A stretch of DNA of 64,000 nucleotides from Candidatus Micrarchaeia archaeon (GCA_041650255.1 JBAZLL010000001.1:100531-164530), one strand, 5' to 3'; positions 25,159 through 34,154 are shown, numbered from the stretch's first letter. Numbers and translations: made by a program. Notes: a model not told the origin generated them from the letters alone.

Positions 25159-25773
25159 ATGGATGGGGACGGGAGGCTGCCCAACGATGAGGGCATAATG
25201 CTGACGCAGGAAGCGCGCCGTGCCGCTAATGCGCACATATGCGGATTGCCAAAAAAATTTCTTCTTGATTCAAAAAAATTCTCGCAACAGCTTGGAATAT
25301 TTGTCACAATAAGCAAATATCCCTCCAATGAGCTTCGCGGGTGCATCGGCTTTATCGACAGCCCGTTGCCGCTTTTTCAATCCGTGGTGGAAGCATCAAT
25401 TGCCGCCTCTTCACAAGATCCCCGTTTTGAGCCAATAAGCGCAAGCGAGCTTTCATCCTGCGTGTTTGAAGTGAGCGTTCTTACAATGCCTTCTCTTTTG
25501 CGCGGAAGCGTTGAGCAAAAAATAAAATCAATAAAAATTGGACGGGACGGACTCATTTTGCAATACGGCAGCGCGTGCGGACTTTTGTTGCCCCAAGTTG
25601 CGACTGAGTGGAATTTCTCTCCAAAAGAATTTCTTGAGGCGCTTTGCGAAAAAGCAGGCTTGCCAAAAGACATGTACAAATCCGCATCCGCAAAAATATA
25701 TTCGTTTGAAGCCCAGATATTTTGCGAAAGCTCACCCAATGGCAAAATAGAGCGCAAAAAACTTATTGTATAG
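25159..25773 (+). CDS. AMMECR1-domain protein
   Basis: LRGCIGFIDSPLPL, DPRFEP, GLLLPQVATEW. Confidence 0.85.
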   Translation: MDGDGRLPNDEGIMLTQEARRAANAHICGLPKKFLLDSKKFSQQLGIFVTISKYPSNELRGCIGFIDSPLPLFQSVVEASIAASSQDPRFEPISASELSSCVFEVSVLTMPSLLRGSVEQKIKSIKIGRDGLILQYGSACGLLLPQVATEWNFSPKEFLEALCEKAGLPKDMYKSASAKIYSFEAQIFCESSPNGKIERKKLIV

Positions 25774-25781
25774 TGGTTTTC

Positions 25782-26765
25782 ATGAGGTCAAAAATAAAGC
25801 TTGAGGGAAACAATGTGTGGCTGCAACTTACACCCGATGCGGCTAAACACATTTCAAGTCTTTCTGAAGTGGAAGTAATTGTTTTACGCGACGGATTACT
25901 GCTTGTGTCCAGCCCGAGCGTCGCATCGGAAATATTCGGGCTTTCCGGGGCGAGTGCTTTGGTTTCCAACGCGGGTTCGACAGTTTTAGGGGCAAGCGCG
26001 TCCCCCTCCCAAAATTTTGGCGGGCAATATTTGGCACGGGCAAATTCCGATTCAAACGGATTTGGGCATTTGCCCTCTACTCCGTCCGCGCAAATCGGAT
26101 TGGACGAGCAGGCTTTGCTTGAGAAGCTTTCTCGCATAAGCTTTGTTCAGCGAACTCCAACAAACGTGCTCAAATCATTGGGCAACGCGGAAAAATCCGC
26201 CCTAAAATCGCTTATCTCAAAAAACATTATCACAATTTTCAAAAGCAAAAAATATCCCGAGGGCGTGTACAATATTTCAAACAAGGTATTTTTCACCCCC
26301 GCAAAAAAATCAGTTATATCAAATTCTCAAAACATTGTGCCCGCGAGCCAGAAGAATTCAACCACAATTCAGGCGCCAGATTCAAATTTGTCTTTTAATG
26401 CGAACGCGGTTTCCGGACCTGCGCTGGCGATAAATACATTTGAACATCTGCAAAGGCTTGGCTATATGGTGCTCTCAAACGAATACGAAGCAAAAGAGCA
26501 GATGGAGCAAATAAAGCAACGTCTTAAGGGCGATGCGGTTGCGGGTGTTCGCGGCTTTGATAAAAAATATTATGTACTGCGAAAATCCTTTTTGCAGGAA
26601 TTTGAAAATCCAATATTTGATTTGCTGGATTCGGGCCTTTGCAAGGCGCAGGAAATGGGCAATCGAATCAATCTCACTCCGGAAGCCGTGACTGTGATTC
26701 TCATGGTGATGGCAGATGAAGGTTTGGTGCTTGAAAAAAGAAGGGGCGTATGGGAAAAGGCGTAA
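25782..26765 (+). CDS. hypothetical protein with winged-helix-like segments
   Basis: 327 aa from the ATG at 25782. The C-terminus INLTPEAVTVILMVMADEGLVLEKRRGVW looks wHTH-like, and there is a central S/A/G-rich linker. Confidence 0.4.
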   Translation: MRSKIKLEGNNVWLQLTPDAAKHISSLSEVEVIVLRDGLLLVSSPSVASEIFGLSGASALVSNAGSTVLGASASPSQNFGGQYLARANSDSNGFGHLPSTPSAQIGLDEQALLEKLSRISFVQRTPTNVLKSLGNAEKSALKSLISKNIITIFKSKKYPEGVYNISNKVFFTPAKKSVISNSQNIVPASQKNSTTIQAPDSNLSFNANAVSGPALAINTFEHLQRLGYMVLSNEYEAKEQMEQIKQRLKGDAVAGVRGFDKKYYVLRKSFLQEFENPIFDLLDSGLCKAQEMGNRINLTPEAVTVILMVMADEGLVLEKRRGVWEKA

Positions 26766-26843
26766 GCAGGCCAAATTGTCTTTAGACCAAACGGGCAAAA
26801 AAGCCGCCAGCCGATTTAAAAATTTCAAATCCAACTTCTATTT

Positions 26844-28004
26844 ATGGAATTCACATCAATTCGCGACCCAGTGCACGGGCAAATAATGCTCGATTCACTT
26901 GAGACGCGCCTTATGGACACTCCCGATTTTCAGAGGTTAAGGGGCATAAAACAGCTCGGAGTTACATATCTTGTCTATCCTGGCGCGCATCATACTCGCT
27001 TTGAGCATTCAATCGGCACCGCCCATCTTGCAGGTTTAATGGGAAAGCAAATCGGGCTTGAGGCGGATGAGCTTGTTATGCTTCGAATCGCCGCACTCCT
27101 GCATGATATCGGGCATTGTGCATTTTCCCACGATTCGGAAAATGTTCTCTTATCCATAATCGGCTCGCACGAAAAGCTCGGAATAGGGCGCATTCGTTCC
27201 TCTCCGATAAAAGATATTATTTGCGAAAACTATACTGCCAAAAAAATTTCGGATATTGCATTCGGAGAATCTTTTGGACAACTAATTACATCTGACATAG
27301 GGGCCGACAGGCTTGATTATCTTTTGCGCGATGCCCATTACACCGGCGTTGCATACGGTGTAATTGACTGGAGCCGCATAGTCGCGCGTCTTTGCTGGCA
27401 TTCAAATGCGCCCGCAATTGAGATTGGCGGGCTTGAAGCCGCGGAATCCGTGATGCTTGCGCGTTTTAGCATGTTTCACACTGTTTATTATCATCATGCA
27501 GTGCGCATTGCGCGCTCAATGTTTATTCAGGCATTAAAGTCCGCACTCTCGCAAAAAGATTTTGATGCAGAATTGATTACAAATGAAGGGGATTTCGCAC
27601 TTTTATCCCGGCTTTGGAAAACTCCTTCCAGCGCGTCCATAACTGGTGCGTTTGCAAACCGCCAGCTTTACAAACGGGCACTTGTGGCAAGCTGGCCTTC
27701 TTTATCCCAGTCTGCAAAAAAATATGTGATTGATGGAAAATTTGCGTCCGATTTACAGGACGAGTTTTCTGATTCTGCGCTTGTGGATTTGCCCGTTGAT
27801 TTTCAAACGTGTGCAAAAATCTCCATCCTTTCAGCGGACGGGACCCGCAAGCCGCTGAGTATTCAGTCCTCAATTTCCGCGTCGCTTGAGAAGGCGGCAA
27901 ACGAGCGTGCAACCCTTATCGTGTGCGCGCCAAAAGACAAGCTAAAAAAAGTCGGGGAATTCGCAAGCAAACGCCTGGGAGTGCAAAACAAAAACGGCGT
28001 ATAA
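26844..28004 (+). CDS. HD-domain phosphohydrolase (dNTPase/SAMHD1-like)
   Basis: HTRFEHSIGTAHLAG, LLHDIGHCAFSHDSE, GADRLDYLLRDAHYTGV. Confidence 0.85.
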   Translation: MEFTSIRDPVHGQIMLDSLETRLMDTPDFQRLRGIKQLGVTYLVYPGAHHTRFEHSIGTAHLAGLMGKQIGLEADELVMLRIAALLHDIGHCAFSHDSENVLLSIIGSHEKLGIGRIRSSPIKDIICENYTAKKISDIAFGESFGQLITSDIGADRLDYLLRDAHYTGVAYGVIDWSRIVARLCWHSNAPAIEIGGLEAAESVMLARFSMFHTVYYHHAVRIARSMFIQALKSALSQKDFDAELITNEGDFALLSRLWKTPSSASITGAFANRQLYKRALVASWPSLSQSAKKYVIDGKFASDLQDEFSDSALVDLPVDFQTCAKISILSADGTRKPLSIQSSISASLEKAANERATLIVCAPKDKLKKVGEFASKRLGVQNKNGV

Positions 28005-28142
28005 GAACAAAATTCTTTTGTTATTTTTTTTACATTTTTATTCGTGTTCTTTCAAGTTTTGTTACACGTCTTTAAATACTCCTTTTGCTCCATATTTCTT
28101 ATCTGTCACCGCCCGAAAACGGCACTGATGGAGGAGAGTGAA

Positions 28143-28510
28143 ATGGCAACAAAAGAAGAATCTGGAGAAGGCGTATTAGATATGGGCTCAACATCAATGG
28201 GTTCAACCGGGCTTCTAACATCTACTTCTAAGTTTAGGCAGCCGCATCTTCCTCACGGGTTTAATTGTCGTTTCATTAGGTGGCAACACCAGTAAAAGCC
28301 TGTCTAGTGGGCAACGAAAACGGGCTGCGGAATATACTCTCATAGCCGCGAAAAGCGGCAGGCTAAAGGCGATTGATGATGATATGCGCTCAGGCATACT
28401 GCGCACATATTGGACCGAATTTGTATCAATTCGCGAGATTGCCAAACGCTACGGAGTTTCACATATGAGTGTCTGGAGACTGGTAAACTCCTCTCCACGA
28501 CCGCTCATAT
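28143..28510 (+). pseudogene. frame-disrupted (or +1 frameshifted) small HTH protein gene
   Basis: Frame A runs from ATG 28143 (GGAGGAG upstream) to the stop at 28293-28295. Frame A+1 is open from 28219 to 28510 with no ATG/GTG/TTG until near its end. It encodes a hydrophobic segment plus SIREIAKRYGVSHMSVWRLV (HTH). Confidence 0.4.
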
Positions 28511-28633
28511 AATTTTTTTATTTTTTTTGCCAAAAATAGCGAAAATTTTGTAAATTAACCAAAAACCGGACGCGTGTTCTCGTCTGGTTAAATTTAAAAA
28601 CTGCACACCCATTGTTTAAGCAGGGGTGTACTC

Positions 28634-29086
28634 ATGAAGATAGAAAAAATGTTTGAAGCGGCGAAAATGTCAATCGCCGGAATTATCGGGATATATCTGG
28701 TTTCGATACTAGTAAGTTTTATTCCGATGCTAGGTGTCTTCGGAGGGCTCCTGAGCTTGGTAGCGTTTTTCGTGCTTAACCCAATACTTTTGGGATGGGC
28801 AGGATATCTCACCGTGAAGAATTACAAGGGACAGGTTGCTGATGGTGCGATGGTTGGCGCCCTTGTAGGTGGAGTATCAAGCCTTGTGAATGGAATAATC
28901 AGCCTCTTGCTGATTACTGTGGGCATGGTTGCCGTAGGAGCATCAACATCTACTGTCGGCGCGATGATCGGTGGGGAAGTTGGGCTTATGGCGGGCATTA
29001 TGGGCCTCATAGTAAGCATGGTAATATTCATTGTCGGCGGTGCTGTTTGCGGTGCAATCGGTGCGTTCGTCATCGGCAAAAAATAA
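28634..29086 (+). CDS. Gly/Ala/Val-rich multi-pass small membrane protein
   Basis: 150 aa with 4-5 hydrophobic helices. The opposite-strand ORFs look like shadows. Confidence 0.5.
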   Translation: MKIEKMFEAAKMSIAGIIGIYLVSILVSFIPMLGVFGGLLSLVAFFVLNPILLGWAGYLTVKNYKGQVADGAMVGALVGGVSSLVNGIISLLLITVGMVAVGASTSTVGAMIGGEVGLMAGIMGLIVSMVIFIVGGAVCGAIGAFVIGKK

Positions 29087-29140
29087 ATCTTTCTTTTCCC
29101 TTTATTAATTTCTTCTTCTTTATTTTCCCTGCGTGATATT

Positions 29141-29308
29141 ATGCTTGATATGCTAAAGATTGAGTGTACAAAATGCAAAGCGGAGATAGCAAATTATTCC
29201 GAAATGGTCCAGATACTTGAGGACTCCGGAATTACTGCCACCTATTGCATGGAATGCGGTCAGGAAGCAAGAAAAAAAATAGACGACCGCGACGATTCCA
29301 TACAATGA
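29141..29308 (+). CDS. small zinc-ribbon-like protein (55 aa)
   Basis: My translation: MLDMLKIECTKCKAEIANYSEMVQILEDSGITATYCMECGQEARKKIDDRDDSIQ (CxxC..CxxC). Below the ORF-track size cut-off. Confidence 0.4.
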   Translation: MLDMLKIECTKCKAEIANYSEMVQILEDSGITATYCMECGQEARKKIDDRDDSIQ

Positions 29309-29535
29309 GATGCACCTGATTTTAAAACGGCAAAAAATAATCTACCAGAGATTATTCGGGTCATTTTTTTAATACCATTTCCAAACGACCTTGCAAGAAA
29401 AATCAAGCCGCTTTCGTTGCCAACTATTTGCGACTATTGTTTTTGCCGGCAAAAAAGAAGAATCTAGAAAAAACGCTCTCACTGGAAAAATCGTATGAAG
29501 CCAATTTATACAAATAATTCTGCTTCTTATCCATT

Positions 29536-29700
29536 TTATCCCGCGATTATCTTGTCAAGTATTTTTATGACAAGAACAAACAGAATTGATGCCACAACAA
29601 AACCTGTGGGTGCAAATTTCAGACCGCCCATGTTGGTGTTTGAGCTTACTCCAAGAATGCCTGCCTGGCTCTGCGGCTGTTGAATTGTATTTGATGCCAT
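29536..29700 (-). CDS. preprotein translocase subunit Sec61-beta (SecG) candidate
   Basis: My translation (54 aa): MASNTIQQPQSQAGILGVSSNTNMGGLKFAPTGFVVASILFVLVIKILDKIIAG. The AGI(L) motif, the K..P segment and the single C-terminal TM match the archaeal Sec61-beta layout. Confidence 0.55.
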   Translation of the reverse strand: MASNTIQQPQSQAGILGVSSNTNMGGLKFAPTGFVVASILFVLVIKILDKIIAG

Positions 29701-29827
29701 AAATTAGTTCTTCACTTCAATGTTTTTAATCCCTTGTAGCGGTACCCTCCACGTGTGAAAAGTTAAACGCTTTTAACTTTTTGCACTCATATATGTATAT
29801 TTATTTTACACAAATGAGGTGGTTTCA

Positions 29828-30337
29828 ATGAAAGTAGGTACAAAAGCTCCCGAGTTTAGCCTTGAGGCTTATGAAAACGGGCAGATTAAGCGCATTAATT
29901 CATCCGACTATTTGGGCAAATGGACGCTATTATTCTTTTATCCGAGGGATTTTACATTCGTCTGCCCGACAGAGCTCAAATCGCTTGCGTCTCTTGCAGA
30001 TGAATTTGAAGCGGAAGACTGCAAGATAATTGGTGCCTCAACAGATTCGGCGTACTCGCATAAGGCATGGTTTGAAAAAGAGCTCTCAGACGTGAAATAT
30101 CCCGTTCTGGCAGATACTGCGCATTCCCTTGCACGCGAGTATGGCATATTGATTGAATCCGATGGCACTGCATTGCGCGGAGCATTTCTCATTGACCCCG
30201 AGGGAATATTGCAATATGCACTGGTTTCGGGTCTTAATGTAGGAAGAAATGCGGATGAGCTTTTGCGTGTTTTGCAGGCGCTGAAAACAGGTGGAATGTG
30301 CCCTGCAAATTGGAAGAAAGGGCAAAAAACGCTTTGA
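29828..30337 (+). CDS. peroxiredoxin (AhpC/Prx family)
   Basis: KAPEFSLEAY, LFFYPRDFTFVCPTEL, GASTDSAYSHKAW. Confidence 0.9.
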   Translation: MKVGTKAPEFSLEAYENGQIKRINSSDYLGKWTLLFFYPRDFTFVCPTELKSLASLADEFEAEDCKIIGASTDSAYSHKAWFEKELSDVKYPVLADTAHSLAREYGILIESDGTALRGAFLIDPEGILQYALVSGLNVGRNADELLRVLQALKTGGMCPANWKKGQKTL

Positions 30338-31573
30338 TTAAAGAAGGTCTTCCAGGCTATAAATTTCTTTTTTCTTCCCCACGCTCATTTTTTTCTCTTT
30401 TATATATTTGTAAAGCCCATTAGTGTTTTTCTCAATATCTTTTCTTCTTTTCAAATACCATCTTCTGATTGCGAGTGCGATTTCAATCGCCGCAACCAAA
30501 ACTATCACTACTGCCACATTAAATATAATCCCGTCAAAGCCCGAATCCTGATTAGTGGTTTCCTTCACTGCTCCAATCGGGGGCGAAGTTTCAATCAGGC
30601 TTGTGTTTTGCGGTACAATGATTCCGTCAAGAGAGGATTGGTTTGCATTTGTTTGCGAGGCGGTGGTGGTATTGGCTTGCGCCATCTGTTCCTGTTTAAG
30701 TTGCTCCTCTTTTTGTGCGAGTATGCTACTTGCGCGAATTGAGGTAATAGTCTTTACGCTCTCAAGGGTTTTTTTGCGCTCATCCTCAATCCTTGCCGGA
30801 GCTGTTGATTCCAGCACCATCTGATTCGCATCTTCAAGTGCTTGGTCATCATACTCAATCTGTCCCGAATAAAGGGAATATTCCGGAGTTTGCACCTCAA
30901 GCCCGTTCATGGTTTGCGCGCTTCTTTTTAGGCTGTCAATAATGTCCGAATATATTGTGAGCACTTCCAAATCGCTCTTTCCAGATACATTTTGTGCACC
31001 AAGCAAAACGAGCCTGTCTATCTCCTTTTTAGAATCCGAATACGCACTTATGCCATCCAATATCGCATCTCCGTTTTTTTCATAAGCATAATTGCACGCT
31101 TGCGTTGCGATGCAGAATTTTTTGCAATCATCGCGCCCACTGCATGATGAATTTTCAATTCCAAACAATGTATTGTATTTTGATTCGTACATCATTCGCG
31201 AGCTGTTGAATTGCATTATCTGTGCGTGCACTTGTGCTTCAATTTCGGCAGGGCTTTTTCCTTGAATGGCAAGACGCAAATATCTTGAGCCTACAATATC
31301 ATCAATACTACTATTTTGCAAAATAACTTGTGCCCTGTATGTGCCTTGCTGTGGGATTATTTGCACTAGAAAGGACGGAGTTTCATCAACTGAAACTACG
31401 ACATATTCGTTTCCGTCCGAACCGATAAAATTATCATAGCCACTTGGCTGTGCGCCCGCTATGTCTTTCACTGCCGAATTTACCGCATCTGTCTTTTCCT
31501 GTGCGTCCTGCGCCGCAAATGTTGTCGTAGCAAGCAACAATAGCGCCAATAATGCAACGTATGATTTTGCCAT
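30338..31573 (-). CDS. secreted, C-terminally anchored protein of unknown function
   Basis: 411 aa. Signal MAKSYVALLALLLLATTTFAA, Cys cluster SCSGRDDCKKFCIATQAC, helical region, and TM IIFNVAVVIVLVAAIEIALAI. Confidence 0.6.
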   Translation of the reverse strand: MAKSYVALLALLLLATTTFAAQDAQEKTDAVNSAVKDIAGAQPSGYDNFIGSDGNEYVVVSVDETPSFLVQIIPQQGTYRAQVILQNSSIDDIVGSRYLRLAIQGKSPAEIEAQVHAQIMQFNSSRMMYESKYNTLFGIENSSCSGRDDCKKFCIATQACNYAYEKNGDAILDGISAYSDSKKEIDRLVLLGAQNVSGKSDLEVLTIYSDIIDSLKRSAQTMNGLEVQTPEYSLYSGQIEYDDQALEDANQMVLESTAPARIEDERKKTLESVKTITSIRASSILAQKEEQLKQEQMAQANTTTASQTNANQSSLDGIIVPQNTSLIETSPPIGAVKETTNQDSGFDGIIFNVAVVIVLVAAIEIALAIRRWYLKRRKDIEKNTNGLYKYIKEKKMSVGKKKEIYSLEDLL

Positions 31574-31697
31574 AGCAAACTAACCTCTTTGCAACTTTTA
31601 AAAGCATTTGCGTATATCATCAATCTAGGGCATGTGAACATTTCTACGAATGGTTAGCTTGTCTTGTACGTTGTGCTTCCGCGCAGGGTTTTTTCAA

Positions 31698-31904
31698 ATG
31701 GGATCTATTGGTGGTTCAGTCTTGCTTAGATGGGTGCTTTTACTTGCAATGGCACTATGCCTTGCGGTATTGCTCGACAATCAGGATAAGAATATGCGCA
31801 TGGTTGCGGTCGTATTTTTGGTGGTGCTTGCACAAATACGCGAGGTATCTCTAATAGAAGATGCGACTGCTCCGGTTTCAAAACAAGCGCCCAAAACAAA
31901 ATAA
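31698..31904 (+). CDS. possible small two-TM membrane protein
   Basis: MGSIGGSVLLRWVLLLAMALCLAVLL..MVAVVFLVVLAQI. No homology recognised. Confidence 0.25.
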   Translation: MGSIGGSVLLRWVLLLAMALCLAVLLDNQDKNMRMVAVVFLVVLAQIREVSLIEDATAPVSKQAPKTK

Positions 31905-31973
31905 GCCTAATTTTTTTATTGAGAAAAATATCTCGTGAATCTAAATTTTTCTTTTTTGAGAAAAGAAAAACTA

Positions 31974-32090
31974 CGCCCCAGCCGGGATTTGAACCCGGAT
32001 CGCAAGCTTTCTTCTGAATATCACGCGTCTGTACATAAATGCACAAGCCATTCGGAGGCTCGCGTCCTATCCAGGTTAGACTACCGGGGC
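31974..32090 (-). tRNA. tRNA-Arg(CCG) with ~43-nt intron in the anticodon-loop region
   Basis: GCCCCGG/CTGGGGC acceptor, D arm GTCT-AACCTGGATA-GGAC, anticodon stem CGAGC..GCTTG, loop CTCCGA., T arm CCGGG-TTCAAAT-CCCGG. 50 nt lie between the anticodon stem strands. Confidence 0.8.
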
Positions 32091-32187
32091 ATATCGATAT
32101 CTATTCTTGTGAATTAAATAAAGCCTTTTCTTTAGAAGAAAGAAAATCCTTCATGAAAAGAAGGAAATGTCTCAAAAAAATATTTTT

Positions 32188-32259
32188 AGCCTCCGGCGAG
32201 GATTGAACTCGCGGCCTCGTCCTTACCAAGGACGCGCTCTACCGCTGAGCTACAGAGGC
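32188..32259 (-). tRNA. tRNA-Thr(GGU)
   Basis: GCCTCTG/CGGAGGC acceptor, GCTC-AGCGGTA-GAGC, CGTCC-TTGGTAA-GGACG, GCGAG-TTCAATC-CTCGC. Confidence 0.9.
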
Positions 32260-32395
32260 GTGAATATTATATTCGTATTATCATTTTTATAACGTATTCT
32301 ATTTCCACTTTTTCTTTTGGGGTGAACCCCCTCAGCCCTTTTCTTTTTTCTAAAAAGAAAAGGGCTATGGGCGCTGAGCTACAGAGGCGTGAATA
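32243..32395. repeat. 24-nt direct repeat pair (32243-32266 and 32372-32395) duplicating tRNA-Thr nt 1-17 plus 7 nt of 5' flank
   Basis: cgctgagctacagaggcgtgaata is present twice, 129 bp apart. The 105-bp interval holds a GGGG-TGAA-CCCC hairpin and the 14-bp palindrome at 32335-32365. Confidence 0.9.
32284..32292 (-). promoter_or_regulatory. TATA box (TTATAAAAA) for tRNA-Thr
   Basis: Centred about 29 nt upstream of the tRNA-Thr 5' end. Lies inside the segment bracketed by the 24-nt direct repeats. Confidence 0.5.
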
Positions 32396-32450
32396 AGTAA
32401 ATATTAGGTCTAATAACTCTTAAATATCCCCTAGGGCGATTTTTCTACCT

Positions 32451-33446
32451 TTATCTTCTATCAATTATGTCCTGCGCGTCCGCCCCGGTTCCAATAAGCC
32501 CGACCTTTACTCCGACATTTTTTTCAATTTCAGAAACAAATGCTTTTGCATCCGAAGGCAATTCTTCAAATTTTCTTTTCTTTGCCGCGGACGGGAATTT
32601 CACATCCAATTTTGTAAGTGCAATAAAGCTTGCGGAATTTATTTGCGCCGCCAATTTCAATTCATCCCAATTCAATCCAAGGGCGGTTCTTCTTGGTCTG
32701 CCCGTGACGGTTCCATATTCCTGCATACCGACTTTTTCCGCTTCCTCTTTGCTTACTTCGCCCGCAAACGGTCCCTCGCCAACTCGGGTGGTGTATGCCT
32801 TTATCACCATAATCACATTTTTCACTTTCAGCGGACCGATTCCGACTTCCGCGCAAATTGTAGGCGCACTTACATCTTTTGATGTGCAAAATGGATAAGT
32901 GCCGTACAAATTTGAAAGCATAAATCCCTGCGAGCCTTCCACAAGCAAATTTTTGGCAGAATTAACAATTTGAGGCGCGTCGCACAGATATGGCGTTAGT
33001 CTCTCATCAGAAGAAACCATCGGCGCGGTTCTTGATGCGCGTGCGGCGGCAGTTGGTCCCATTCCGGTTTTAGTTGTCCCTATTTTTTTGGAATTTGCAG
33101 ACGAGGCGTCCAAATCCTTGTATTCTTGGGTGATTAAAGTCGCCCTCTTGTCAATTTTGCATCTTGTACCAAGATCGAATTCCTTTACTTCTTTTAGAAA
33201 AACGTCCGCATCAATAAACACGCCTGCGCCGATTATCAATTCCGAATCCTTATTCATAAAACCAGACGGGCAGAGCCTAATTTTGTATTTTTTGCCTTCA
33301 AATTCAACCGAGTGCCCGGCGTTTGGGCCTCCTCCGCCCCTTGCGATAACGTCCGGCTTGTCGTGGAGTGCAAGGTACGAAATAATCTTCCCCTTGCCCT
33401 CGTCGCCATACTGCCCTCCTACTACTACGGTTGCATTTGCAGACAT
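32451..33446 (-). CDS. purA: adenylosuccinate synthetase (short archaeal type)
   Basis: VVVGGQYGDEGKGKI, GGGPNAGHSV, IGTTKTGMGP, GTVTGRPRR. Confidence 0.9.
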   Translation of the reverse strand: MSANATVVVGGQYGDEGKGKIISYLALHDKPDVIARGGGGPNAGHSVEFEGKKYKIRLCPSGFMNKDSELIIGAGVFIDADVFLKEVKEFDLGTRCKIDKRATLITQEYKDLDASSANSKKIGTTKTGMGPTAAARASRTAPMVSSDERLTPYLCDAPQIVNSAKNLLVEGSQGFMLSNLYGTYPFCTSKDVSAPTICAEVGIGPLKVKNVIMVIKAYTTRVGEGPFAGEVSKEEAEKVGMQEYGTVTGRPRRTALGLNWDELKLAAQINSASFIALTKLDVKFPSAAKKRKFEELPSDAKAFVSEIEKNVGVKVGLIGTGADAQDIIDRR

Positions 33447-33557
33447 AAAAATCCCAATTCATATTTGCAGATGAAAGGTTATAATTTGAATTGAGGGGGT
33501 TTTTGCCGAAGGTGAACAATACCTTTGTTTTGAAATAATATCTCCCTCCTTAGTAAT

Positions 33558-34154
33558 TTAGTACTGTCCCCTGTATTGCATCCATTGATATTTGTCCGTT
33601 TCCTGCTTTGGCTTTAACCAATATTTTGCCAACGCATATCCGACAACCAATCCGCCCAAATGCGCCGCGCTTGCAATTCCTGAGGATGTATTGAACGAGC
33701 CGAAAAACTCAAGCACAAACCACAGAATCGCCGCATCCCGTATTTTCATCGGAATAATTCCAAAAAGCAAAAGCACAAGTGCCGGCTCCGCAACTACTAA
33801 TGCGCCAAGTATGCCAAATATCGCGCCGGATGCGCCCAGGGACGGAATGGGTGCGATAATTCCCGCAACCGTTGTGAGCTCGTACAAAACATTTCCGGCA
33901 ATTCCAGACAAAAAGAAAATTATGAGAAAATTTTTCTGCCCCATTTTTCTCTCAAGCAGTGGTCCGAATAGAAAAAGCGAATAGGCATTGAAAAAAATGT
34001 GCATCAGACTGCCGTGCAAAAATATGGAAGTTACAAACTGCCAAATCTGCAAATTCTGCGGATTAAGATAAAATATCTGGGTAAATCCGGGAACTGTCAT
34101 CTGCACCAGAAACGTCAGCGATATTACTACGAGCAGAGCCGATGTAACTTTAAT
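33558..34154 (-). CDS. rhomboid-family intramembrane serine protease (proposed ATT start at 34154; ORF-track GTG start at 34106)
   Basis: FLHGSLMHIFFN, GASGAIFG and AAHLGGL. The in-frame upstream codons encode KVTSALLVVISLTFLV (the missing TM1) and are preceded by GGTGAT. Confidence 0.8.
   Translation of the reverse strand: MKVTSALLVVISLTFLVQMTVPGFTQIFYLNPQNLQIWQFVTSIFLHGSLMHIFFNAYSLFLFGPLLERKMGQKNFLIIFFLSGIAGNVLYELTTVAGIIAPIPSLGASGAIFGILGALVVAEPALVLLLFGIIPMKIRDAAILWFVLEFFGSFNTSSGIASAAHLGGLVVGYALAKYWLKPKQETDKYQWMQYRGQY

Noticed and set aside
28215-28445. 76-aa minus-strand ORF opposite the HTH-encoding frame.
   Set aside because: The plus strand encodes a recognisable helix-turn-helix. The minus-strand ORF has no start context or motif.
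31726-32117. ORFs of 106 aa (-) and 60 aa (+) across the tRNA-Arg gene.
   Set aside because: They are read through a clean intron-containing tRNA cloverleaf, so they are artefacts.
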